Assembly: GCA_037440465.1 (NCBI GenBank)
Contig: JBBIUB010000013.1
Span: 22,772-33,662 of the forward strand
From: Coprothermobacterota bacterium
Lineage (GTDB): Bacteria > Coprothermobacterota > HKB111
Length of the DNA stretch: 10,891 nucleotides
Direction: 5' to 3'
The first letter of the stretch is position 1; each line of letters opens with the position of its first letter. Of this stretch, positions 1-8,019 are shown piece after piece. A program made the position numbers and the translations under genes. The notes beneath the pieces are model-generated. The model ran no database searches and had not been told where the DNA came from. It was given only the letters and a program-made list of their open reading frames with translations.

Positions 1-3
1 AGC

Positions 4-81
4 AGGGTTCAAGGATTCGAGGGTTCAAGTGTTTTTTAAGATTCTTACTTGAATCCTATTATTATTGAACCCTTAAATCCT
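4..81. repeat. Inverted array of 8-bp units (AGG[G/A]TTC[A/G]) that can form a long imperfect hairpin
   Basis: Left arm AGGGTTCA(4-11) AGGATTCG(12-19) AGGGTTCA(20-27) AGT(28-30). Right arm ACT(47-49) TGAATCCT(50-57), an AT-only octamer (58-65), TGAACCCT(66-73), TAAATCCT(74-81). Lies about 40 nt past the GH57 stop. Confidence 0.8.
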
Positions 82-123
82 ATGTATAGCTTACCAGTTC
101 AGCAACTAATATAGAGATGATCC

Positions 124-1746
124 TTATAATATTATTGTTGGTAAAACGATGGGTTCCTCCAGATACGTAGGTGGAGTAATATTCAAAGTTAAGTATACAC
201 CCATTAGATGTCTTCTGAATATAAAATCAAATAAATCATCTCTACCAGAATCCCAATCTTTCCCGAACCACCAAAACCAGTCAGAACCTTCTGCTGAATA
301 GAGATGGTCATAAGCAGATTTCAAACGGGGGTCATTAGGATGCATCTTCTCGAATTCAAATAAAAACTCTCTTGTTCTTCTTAAAAGCTCAAAAGCACAG
401 TTTTCTTCCTCTTCACCTATCCAGGTGCTAAAATTGGCTCCTATCCAGGAACCAGGGTGAAGCACTTCTAATTTCTTAACACTCTCTCTTTGTTCAAGAA
501 AGGCTGAAGGTGTGGTGACCTTAATCCAGGGTAAATTAGTCAGTGCTGAAAAGAGAGCTGTGATAAACAGGCTTCCATCTCCAGAATAGTGATCCCAGGG
601 GTTTTCTCCATCTAAAGCCACAAGAATGTGGTACCTTCCAGCTTCTTTAAGGCTCAAGCATATTTCTTTTAGGTAATTAACAAAATCATTTACTGCTTCA
701 TCAGGGGTCATATTCCTATAAATAAAGCCTATTTTATCAGAAAGAGCCCTGTCCCTGAAGAATATTTTAACTCCTTTGAATTCATAGACTCTGTATAGTA
801 ATTCTGGGTCAGGCATTTTATCATCCAGCCTGATTTTCAAATAGAGAGATTTCTCCAGGATACCCTCATCAGTAGCTACCCACTCATAACCAGCTTCTCT
901 CACTAAATCAAGAGTATTCTGACAGATTGCCCCTTCTGAAGGCCAGAGACCTTTTGGAGTAATACCCAGATATTCTTCAAAAATAACTCTACCCTTTTTT
1001 AACTGTACCAGGGCATCTTCAGGGTATCTAAAGGGATTTGAAGGTAGCGGTAAGTTGGGCTCCGGGATATTAGCAATAGTTGAATTTATTAAAAGGGGTA
1101 GTATAGGATGAGTATTTGGTGAAGAAGTTAGCTCCAGAACACCTTCCTGAGAGAGCTTTGAATGAAGAGGTAAAACTTCTTTTAAGATATTGAACTGATA
1201 ATCAATCACTTTCCTAATATCAGAAGATGTATAGTTTTTACCCTGTTTCAAAAGGATGTTAAAATAGGAATCACTTTCAAGGATATCGGACGGGAGAAAA
1301 GCGAGATTATAAAGAAAAATCAGGTCTGTAATATCCTGGGTAGTATAGTTGAGGACTGCCTCTTCTAAACTCTTTCCTCTTCTTTTATTGAGTAACTCTT
1401 CATAAGCAGGAAGATTCAAGATGGAAGAATGGTTATTTAAATCAAAAAAATAATTTACGATATAGGCCTTTTCTGAGTAAGAAAGAGAACAGATATCGCG
1501 CAAACTATAGTATAAAGCCTTATCCATTCTTCCTTCCAGGTACCTTTTAATACTCAGTAACAAAATAGGGCTAAAATTAATGGTGGCTTTAGCTCCCTTC
1601 ACTCTTGAGATTAAATCAATTAACCTATGATAATGCTTAGCTCCATGGAGTCTAACCCAGGGAAAAACAAACTGTCCTGATAATGGGTCTAAATAATCAG
1701 GTTGGTGTTGATGAAAAAGGAAGGAAATATATAAGGGTTCTTTTAT
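124..1746 (-). CDS. Glycoside hydrolase family 57, amylopullulanase/alpha-amylase-like catalytic domain, cytoplasmic (about 540 aa; start uncertain)
   Basis: GH57 motifs: FHQHQP and PWVRLHGAKHY (in frame, upstream of the track's GTG at 1602), HPILPLL, GLWPSEG (nucleophile Glu), VALDGENPW (acid/base Asp), AEGSDWFWW. No signal peptide. The frame is open up to the phosphomutase TGA at 1755-1753; ATA at 1746 is the tentative start. Confidence 0.9.
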   Translation of the reverse strand: MKEPLYISFLFHQHQPDYLDPLSGQFVFPWVRLHGAKHYHRLIDLISRVKGAKATINFSPILLLSIKRYLEGRMDKALYYSLRDICSLSYSEKAYIVNYFFDLNNHSSILNLPAYEELLNKRRGKSLEEAVLNYTTQDITDLIFLYNLAFLPSDILESDSYFNILLKQGKNYTSSDIRKVIDYQFNILKEVLPLHSKLSQEGVLELTSSPNTHPILPLLINSTIANIPEPNLPLPSNPFRYPEDALVQLKKGRVIFEEYLGITPKGLWPSEGAICQNTLDLVREAGYEWVATDEGILEKSLYLKIRLDDKMPDPELLYRVYEFKGVKIFFRDRALSDKIGFIYRNMTPDEAVNDFVNYLKEICLSLKEAGRYHILVALDGENPWDHYSGDGSLFITALFSALTNLPWIKVTTPSAFLEQRESVKKLEVLHPGSWIGANFSTWIGEEEENCAFELLRRTREFLFEFEKMHPNDPRLKSAYDHLYSAEGSDWFWWFGKDWDSGRDDLFDFIFRRHLMGVYLTLNITPPTYLEEPIVLPTIIL

Positions 1747-1752
1747 TGTTAT

Positions 1753-3132
1753 TCATCTCCTGAATATGTTTTTACTTTCATTTATAAGAGAAAGAACTCC
1801 TTCTCTGGAAAAATCTTCACCATATATTCTTACGACATTCTCTGTCCCTGATATACGTATGATTATTGAACTACCATCAAAAAAAGTAATATAACGACCT
1901 GAAACAGTCAAGTCTTTATCTATATCACGAGAAAAATACTTGGCAAGATCTTCTCTCTTGATAGCTAAATCCATGTATGGACGATCTTCTTGTTTGAAAT
2001 GTATGTCTTCTCTAATATTAAAAACAGGGGGAATTTTTGCACATAATTCTGAATACAATTGGTTTAAACTCTTTCCCGTAGTTGCCACCATTTTAAGAAC
2101 CAAAAGACAACCGAGTATACCGTCTTTCTCAGGAATATGCCACCCTAAACTAACTCCACCACTCTCTTCACCTCCAAGAAGAACCCCACCTTTTCTAATT
2201 TCTTCACCGATGAATTTAAAACCTACGGGTGTCTCAACAAGAGGGGCATTATAGTAAGAAGCAAGTCTATCCATATAAGAGGTTGTAGATAAGCTACGAA
2301 CAATTTTACCTCGTAATCCGAGATATTCCAATAAAAAGTAGGTTATTAATGCAATAGCTTCATTTGGAGAAAAAAGTCTTCCTCCCTCTGCTACAGAAAA
2401 GCGATCCGCATCACCATCAGTAGAAAAACCCAGGCAGTTCATAGTTTTTGAAAGTTCTAAAAGCTCCATCAGGTTTTCTTCTTTTGGTTCAGGCGAAAGA
2501 CCGCTAAAAAGCGGGTCTCTATTTCCGTGAAGTAGATATAGATTGAAGTCTCTAATTTTAAGGTATAAATCCAGGACACCACGACCGGTGCCATGAAGTG
2601 GATCATAAATCAAAGTAGCGTCGGTATTAAAATCACCAAGAATATCATTGAGACGGGAAAAATATGCTGGTAATGGGTCATAAAAATTGAGTAGCTCTTC
2701 TTGTAGGTTAGCTATAATCATGCTTCCTTCCATTTGATTTATGTTTTCTTCAATTTTACGGACTATATCATCTGTGGCTGGCCCGCCATACCAGGGAATA
2801 TACTTGATGCCATTATACTCGGGTGGGTTGTGACTGGCTGTGAACATAACAGCTCCGCTTGTATTAATATCCAGAACTGAAGAAGCGATGACAGGAGTAG
2901 GCATATCTCTACGAGGAATGAAAACAGTGAATCCCTCAGTTGTAAAAACCTGTGCAGCTGTTAATGCAAATTTCTCTGATAAAAAACGGCTGTCATAACC
3001 CACCACAAGCTTTTTCTCCAGCCCTTCTTTTTCCAGATATAATGCTATGGCTTTACATGCCAATCTAACATTAGGAAATGTAAAATCTTCAGCTATAATC
3101 CCCCTCCACCCATCTGTACCAAAACGAATCAC
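1753..3132 (-). CDS. Phosphoglucomutase/phosphomannomutase (alpha-D-phosphohexomutase)
   Basis: FGTDGWRG N-terminus, TASHNP phosphoserine loop, DGDADR metal loop, GGEESGG sugar loop, RISGTE phosphate loop. GTG start with GGGGGT upstream. Confidence 0.95.
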   Translation of the reverse strand: MIRFGTDGWRGIIAEDFTFPNVRLACKAIALYLEKEGLEKKLVVGYDSRFLSEKFALTAAQVFTTEGFTVFIPRRDMPTPVIASSVLDINTSGAVMFTASHNPPEYNGIKYIPWYGGPATDDIVRKIEENINQMEGSMIIANLQEELLNFYDPLPAYFSRLNDILGDFNTDATLIYDPLHGTGRGVLDLYLKIRDFNLYLLHGNRDPLFSGLSPEPKEENLMELLELSKTMNCLGFSTDGDADRFSVAEGGRLFSPNEAIALITYFLLEYLGLRGKIVRSLSTTSYMDRLASYYNAPLVETPVGFKFIGEEIRKGGVLLGGEESGGVSLGWHIPEKDGILGCLLVLKMVATTGKSLNQLYSELCAKIPPVFNIREDIHFKQEDRPYMDLAIKREDLAKYFSRDIDKDLTVSGRYITFFDGSSIIIRISGTENVVRIYGEDFSREGVLSLINESKNIFRR

Positions 3133-3147
3133 CCTATCTTTGACCCC

Positions 3148-4134
3148 CTAAAAATTTACTCTAAAATACTCTGCAGCCTCCTCAGGCACAGTGTAGTTAA
3201 TAAATACACCGGTATCCCATTCAAAACCTGCTGGCTTAGCCATTCGAGGCAAGATTTCTATGTGAAAACGAAAGTCTATGTCTCCTTCTAAAGAATGGAA
3301 ATAATAATTATACGCAGGGTCACCAAGAGTTGATAATGCTTTTAGTGTTTTTTTGAGTATATAACTGAGTTCGATAATTTCATCCTCGTTAATTTGAGAA
3401 AACCCGCTGAAATGCCTTAAAGGCATTACCCAGGTTTCAAAGGGAAACCTTGGGGCAAAAGGTGATAAGACCAAAAACTGTTCTCCTTTGTGTATAATCC
3501 TGCACCCTTCCTTTAATTCCTGTTCAATATAGTCAGTAAACAAGGAATGGTTATTAGTTTGTTGGTATTCTCTGATATTTCTTAACTCCAATTCAATTTG
3601 CGGAGGTAGAAAAGGTAAGGTTAAAACTTGAGAATGTGAATGTTCAAGAGAAGCACCCCCCTCTCTTTTATAGTTTCTAAATAATGATACATACTTAACT
3701 GCTGGTAAATAGAGAGCATTTCTATAACGCAAGAGGTAGGTTTGAATTATAGAAAGAAAGTCGTCTTCTCCCAAATTTTTCAGGTCAGTGTCATGTTCTG
3801 GAGTTTCTACTATTACTTCATGTTTTCCTACCCCGGGATACAATTCACTTAAAAAAGGCTTACTAAAGTATACACTTGAAACTTCATAGTTTAAAGCAGG
3901 AAATTTATTTGGGAAAACCCTGATCTGCCATCCAGAAGTATCTGGTTGTGAGTTATCATTCCTTATAGCATATTCCTCAGGTGGAGTCTGTTTTTCATTA
4001 CCGGGACAGAAAGGACAATTCAAAGATCCTGCTCGTTCCTCAACCTGAGGTTTGAAATCTTTAGGTCGTTTTGCTCTTTCTGAGGAAATAATTACCCAGT
4101 TACCATTTAGAAAATTCTTTCTGAGTTCACTCAT
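3148..4134 (-). CDS. galT: GalT-family (HIT superfamily) hexose-1-phosphate nucleotidyltransferase
   Basis: RAKRP, CPFCPGNE zinc motif, PNKFPAL, GKHEVIVETPEH, GASLEHSHSQ (HxHxQ catalytic motif), AGFEWDTG. SD AGGTGA 6 nt before ATG. Actual substrate not determinable from sequence. Confidence 0.9.
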   Translation of the reverse strand: MSELRKNFLNGNWVIISSERAKRPKDFKPQVEERAGSLNCPFCPGNEKQTPPEEYAIRNDNSQPDTSGWQIRVFPNKFPALNYEVSSVYFSKPFLSELYPGVGKHEVIVETPEHDTDLKNLGEDDFLSIIQTYLLRYRNALYLPAVKYVSLFRNYKREGGASLEHSHSQVLTLPFLPPQIELELRNIREYQQTNNHSLFTDYIEQELKEGCRIIHKGEQFLVLSPFAPRFPFETWVMPLRHFSGFSQINEDEIIELSYILKKTLKALSTLGDPAYNYYFHSLEGDIDFRFHIEILPRMAKPAGFEWDTGVFINYTVPEEAAEYFRVNF

Positions 4135-4144
4135 ACTTATTCAC

Positions 4145-5575
4145 CTAATAAGGTTTATTGTAAAAGGAGAATGGTATCTTTTTACTGATTTCACCTTTAT
4201 AAGCCTTGAGATATCTAAGTGCTGCTTTAGACCAGGTAAAGTCCTGTCTAACCCTTTTCATCCCATTCACCCTTAGCTTTCGGAGGAGTTGGTCATCGTT
4301 TCTATGGATATCCAGAGCTTTTACAATACCCAAAGCCAGGGCTTTAGGATCCCTTGGCTGCACAAGAATACCAGTAGCTCCTTGACCATGAGTGTCCAGA
4401 TCGAGGATTGTGTCTCTCATTCCTCCTACTCTGGTGGCAATTGGGATGCAGGACATATTCATAGCTTCGAGGGGAACCAGGCCAAAAGGCTCAAAATTTG
4501 ATGGTATAAGAGTAAAGTCTGCAGATCCATAACATTCACGGATTTCTTCTCTCTTGAGGTAACCTACAATTACTTTTACATTTTCGGGGAATTCAGAAGC
4601 TAATTTTTGAGCTTCTTCTTCTAAACCCTTATCTCCTGAACCGACAATAAGAAATCGGGTTTTTGGGATAAATGTTTTTGCTTCAGAGATAGATTCATTT
4701 AAGAACATCCTTATAGATGAAAACATTACATCTACTCCCTTTTGCTCAATATCAAAGCGACCGACAAAGAAGAAAAGATATCCATTATTTAACCCGTAGG
4801 ATTTAAGGAGCTCTCCTTTTCTCTCAGAGCGAGGAAGTTCAGGTTCACTGATTAGCCCTATATCCCAGAAACCAATATCAATACCGTTCCAAACATAAGT
4901 AGTTTTTCCTACAAAGGCATTAAAAAATTCCCCCCAGGTTTCCTCAAGGTACGAAAAACTCACTGTTGTAACGACCTGAGCTTCATAACAAGCTAATTTT
5001 TCAAGGGATATATATTCATCACAATTATTATTTAAATTATCCAGGAGGAATCCAATTCCATTTTCTGTAAATTCATTTCTACTAAAGTTGGTGCCAACTA
5101 TTCTGTGTATGGTGAAAGTATATGAAAGACCAAAAAACCTCTTTACCATAACTGCAGCCAGGGCTGTATGCCAGTCATGTGCATGAAGTACTTCTATCAT
5201 ACCGTTTTCTTTGCGAACTTCTTGATTCAAGTAACCCACTAATGCTTTAGCATACGCAATAACTTTATTTGGTAGTCCTTCATCGTATACTTTAGGGTGA
5301 TCCAGAGTAGGAGAACTAAGAAGTATAATTGTTACACCTCCTCTTTCTCCCCAGAAAACTTCCACCTGTTCTTTTTCTGATTTAATTTGAATCTCAAATT
5401 CAGATATTTTTTCGAAGTCTATCTCTTTTGTGATGTTGTGAAGGTTGTGTGAAGGCATATAAACCTTTATTTCGTGACCCAGAGATAAAAGTGCTTCTCC
5501 AATTGAAGTAACTGCTTCAGCTAACCCTCCTACTCTTATTGGTAAATACTCAAATGTAGCAATTCCTATTTTCAT
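4145..5575 (-). CDS. glgA: Glycogen synthase (GT5, GT-B fold), archaeal/Thermococcales-like
   Basis: FEYLPIRVGGLAEA, HAHDWHT, FTIHR, VTTVSFSY, NGID, VGRFDIEQKGVD, PSNFEPFGLVPLEAM, VGGMRD, FTWSKAALRY. SD AAGGAG upstream. Confidence 0.9.
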   Translation of the reverse strand: MKIGIATFEYLPIRVGGLAEAVTSIGEALLSLGHEIKVYMPSHNLHNITKEIDFEKISEFEIQIKSEKEQVEVFWGERGGVTIILLSSPTLDHPKVYDEGLPNKVIAYAKALVGYLNQEVRKENGMIEVLHAHDWHTALAAVMVKRFFGLSYTFTIHRIVGTNFSRNEFTENGIGFLLDNLNNNCDEYISLEKLACYEAQVVTTVSFSYLEETWGEFFNAFVGKTTYVWNGIDIGFWDIGLISEPELPRSERKGELLKSYGLNNGYLFFFVGRFDIEQKGVDVMFSSIRMFLNESISEAKTFIPKTRFLIVGSGDKGLEEEAQKLASEFPENVKVIVGYLKREEIRECYGSADFTLIPSNFEPFGLVPLEAMNMSCIPIATRVGGMRDTILDLDTHGQGATGILVQPRDPKALALGIVKALDIHRNDDQLLRKLRVNGMKRVRQDFTWSKAALRYLKAYKGEISKKIPFSFYNKPY

Positions 5576-5630
5576 AAATATGATTAATCTCCTTGTCTAA
5601 TATTTCTGTTTTTTAAGGCTATAAGAACTT

Positions 5631-5645
5631 TAATGTTACATTATA
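5631..5645 (-). promoter_or_regulatory. Candidate -10 box (TATAAT, 5645-5640) of the glgA operon overlapped by the palindrome TAATGT-T-ACATTA (5631-5643)
   Basis: Perfect TATAAT on the minus strand in the 86-nt intergenic gap, and a 6-1-6 inverted repeat across it. No matching -35 found; the region is very AT-rich. Confidence 0.4.
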
Positions 5646-5661
5646 CTATATAATTAATATA

Positions 5662-6657
5662 TTAAGGGATGGAAACAATTATACCGTTATTTTTACCAAG
5701 TAATATTCTATTGTTATTTATAGCGATTGAAAGGTATTTATCCTTTAAAGAACGTATTCTAACCTTCATAGAGGTATCCAGAGTGAGGATAAGACAGTCT
5801 CTTGTAAGTTTATCTGAATATAAAATAGCAATTCTTGACTCTCCAACGCTTAAGCCCACCAATATATGATCGGGTTTTACTGAACTGATCTGTTTAAGTG
5901 TCCCATCTTTTTCCAATGAAGATATTTTGTTACCCAGAAGAATTAACTTCCCTTCAAAGTAGACAATCTTACTTATCTGATCATCTAATTCCATATTCTT
6001 AAGTTTATCGCCATCAGAGAGATAAATATGGGTTCTACCCCTAGATGTACTGGCGAATCCAGAAAAAGGTTGTAAACCAAGAAGATATAACCTTTCATCT
6101 TTTTGTGGTGGAATGCTTATTTCAGTAATAATACTAAGATCTTTTTCAACAAAAAATACCGACCCTCTCAAGTCTTGAAAGAACATCCCCTGTTCGTTAT
6201 AGTTTATAAGAAACAATTCTTCAGGAATTTTAACTTCTACAATACCTTCTTCAGTAATAATCAGTAAAAGGGCAGGATATTGAAGTACTAATTGATTTTC
6301 TAATACGATTATCTTGAGTGGTACTCCTTCTGGAATTTTAAGGTCCAATTTTTTCCTTTTCTCCAGGTCAAAAAGAAAGGTCTCCTCACCTATCACATAT
6401 AAATTGTTTGATATTAAACCAAATTCTTGAGGAAACCAACTAAAAGCCATAAGGTTTTGGGTATTCCCTTCTTCAATAAGAAAGATTTTCCAGGTTTTAA
6501 GGTCAACTTTATCTTCCCCTGCCACCAATATTTTTTCCTGCCTTGAAATAAGGTAGCGAGGAAAAATAGATATCTCCACTAAAATATCTTCACTCTGCCT
6601 AAGACAAGCAGTAAGAAAAAGCGTAAAAATAATCAATATCAACGAAATTCTTTTCAT
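5662..6657 (-). CDS. Hypothetical lipoprotein, beta-strand rich (possibly beta-propeller)
   Basis: 331-aa ORF. MKR plus hydrophobic stretch plus lipobox LTAC (Cys18). Repeated short hydrophobic strands separated by D/G/N turns. No family recognised. Confidence 0.7.
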   Translation of the reverse strand: MKRISLILIIFTLFLTACLRQSEDILVEISIFPRYLISRQEKILVAGEDKVDLKTWKIFLIEEGNTQNLMAFSWFPQEFGLISNNLYVIGEETFLFDLEKRKKLDLKIPEGVPLKIIVLENQLVLQYPALLLIITEEGIVEVKIPEELFLINYNEQGMFFQDLRGSVFFVEKDLSIITEISIPPQKDERLYLLGLQPFSGFASTSRGRTHIYLSDGDKLKNMELDDQISKIVYFEGKLILLGNKISSLEKDGTLKQISSVKPDHILVGLSVGESRIAILYSDKLTRDCLILTLDTSMKVRIRSLKDKYLSIAINNNRILLGKNNGIIVSIP

Positions 6658-6756
6658 AATATTTCTATTTTATATTAACATTTAGTTACAATTTACTAAT
6701 ACCGTGTCCAGAAATTGAAATGTCTTGAAAATTAAGAAAGGGAAGCGTTGTGTTCA

Positions 6757-6809
6757 TGGTAGAATTTCAATCTAAAGATATTTGTATAACACGACAATTG
6801 AAAGGGAGG
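6757..6809 (+). promoter_or_regulatory. Candidate extended -10 (TGgTAGAAT, 6757-6765) and SD (GGGAGG, 6804-6809) for ndk
   Basis: Motifs read directly. SD is 7 nt before ATG 6817. The promoter call is tentative. Confidence 0.5.
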
Positions 6810-6816
6810 CTTTATA

Positions 6817-7227
6817 ATGGAAGAGATAACTTTAGCCATAATTAAACCTGATGCAGTAAAAAGAAAGCTCATAGGACAGATTATCATTAGAATTGAAGAG
6901 AGTGACTTACGGATACTCTGCATAAAAATGGCTACTCTTAGTAAGAATATTTTGAGGGAGCTATACATAGAGCACGAGGGAAAGTCCTTTCTGGAAGACC
7001 TTATAGAATTTATGAGCTCCGGACAGGTAGTGCTCTTAATCCTGAAAGGGGAAAAAGCCATAGAAAACCTGAGGAAAATATGCGGTGCTACCGACCCTAA
7101 TAAAGCTTTACCGGGAACCATCCGGGGAGACTACGGCACTTCCCTGCCCTATAATGTCATTCATGCTCCCGATTCCCCCGAAAGTGCAAAAAGGGAGATA
7201 GGGTTGTTTTTTGGTGAGGAGAAGTAA
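6817..7227 (+). CDS. ndk: Nucleoside diphosphate kinase
   Basis: TLAIIKPDAVKRKLIGQII, FMSSG, GATDP..A.PGTIRGDYG, NVIHAPDS (catalytic His116), SAKREI. Strong SD. Confidence 0.97.
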   Translation: MEEITLAIIKPDAVKRKLIGQIIIRIEESDLRILCIKMATLSKNILRELYIEHEGKSFLEDLIEFMSSGQVVLLILKGEKAIENLRKICGATDPNKALPGTIRGDYGTSLPYNVIHAPDSPESAKREIGLFFGEEK

Positions 7228-7233
7228 GAAACT

Positions 7234-8019
7234 TCAAGAATTTTTCAGAGAAACTAACGATATATTTTCACACTTAGAAAGGCACTTAAAACACCTTATG
7301 CACTCAGGTGAGTTGGGATTATTATGAACATCAATGCCTATGGGACAGACCTGACTGCACTCTTCACAACTTGTACAAACCTGACAATCAACCTTAAGTC
7401 TCAAGAGGCTGACAGGGTTAAAGATACTGAAAATTGCCCCTAAAGGACAAAGTATCCTGCACCAGAATCTCTCTACAAATACGCTCCCCAGCAGGACTGT
7501 TAAAATGATGGCGATTTTTATATAAAAGAGCCTACTAATGAGTGCCCTTAAAGAAGCATCAATAATAGTCAGTGGAATGCCGGCCTGGAGCATACCTACC
7601 GGACAGAGCTTGGAGAACCAACTTTCGTTTGTAATGTAGGGAATAACAAAAACAAGCAATATTAATACCAAGTATTTTAATCTGGTAAATGGATGTCTAT
7701 AGGAAAACTTTATTTTGATGCTCTTTATTTTATAAAGCCAATCCTGAAGATAACCGAAAGGGCAAAGAAATCCGCAACTAAATCTCCCGGAAATAGCCCC
7801 TACTATCCCCAGAATACCAATGGTATAAAACGGGAACTTCTTTATAATAGCGAAGTGCTGCAGGGTACCTATGGGACAGGCTCCGGAAGCCAAAGGACAG
7901 GCATAACAGTTCAAAACAGGGACCGGGACCTGTTTCAGACAAGGGGCTAAGAAAGGCAGGTTGAAAAAGATGGTGCTTATAGGTTGAATTATACCCCTGA
8001 AGTTGTACCAACTTTTCAT
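7234..8019 (-). CDS. Integral membrane 4Fe-4S-binding protein (NapH/MauN/YccM-like)
   Basis: LNCYACPLASGACPIGTLQ, GRFSCGFLCPFG, SKLCPVG, RFWCRILCPLGA, several hydrophobic segments, and a C-terminal ferredoxin pair CTSCEECSQVCP and CIRCFKCLSKC. Starts at an ATGA overlap with the upstream small ORF. Confidence 0.92.
   Translation of the reverse strand: MKSWYNFRGIIQPISTIFFNLPFLAPCLKQVPVPVLNCYACPLASGACPIGTLQHFAIIKKFPFYTIGILGIVGAISGRFSCGFLCPFGYLQDWLYKIKSIKIKFSYRHPFTRLKYLVLILLVFVIPYITNESWFSKLCPVGMLQAGIPLTIIDASLRALISRLFYIKIAIILTVLLGSVFVERFWCRILCPLGAIFSIFNPVSLLRLKVDCQVCTSCEECSQVCPIGIDVHNNPNSPECIRCFKCLSKCENISLVSLKNS

Noticed and set aside
4..30. GGTTCAAG/GATTCGAG, and AGGTTCAATCCT near 8780-8791, as tRNA T-loops or CRISPR repeats
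   Set aside because: No cloverleaf, acceptor stem or anticodon arm. The units are 8 bp with no unique spacers.
1753..1755. Selenocysteine at the phosphomutase TGA, which is in frame with GH57
   Set aside because: The downstream sequence is A/T-rich with no hairpin, the position is not a Cys-type catalytic site, and the phosphomutase is already complete. Generic readthrough is kept only as a minor option.
1940..2254. 104-aa plus-strand ORF
   Set aside because: Antisense shadow of the phosphomutase; no motif.
4052..4501. Plus-strand ORFs 4052-4276 and 4289-4501
   Set aside because: Antisense to galT and glgA; no recognisable features.
5669..5869. 66-aa plus-strand ORF
   Set aside because: Antisense within the longer lipoprotein gene.
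6674..6691. TAACATTTAGTTACA as a GlnR/TnrA- or NrdR-type operator
   Set aside because: Only a 4-bp arm match in AT-rich DNA, and it does not fit either consensus well.
6732..7121. 129-aa minus-strand ORF
   Set aside because: Antisense shadow of ndk.
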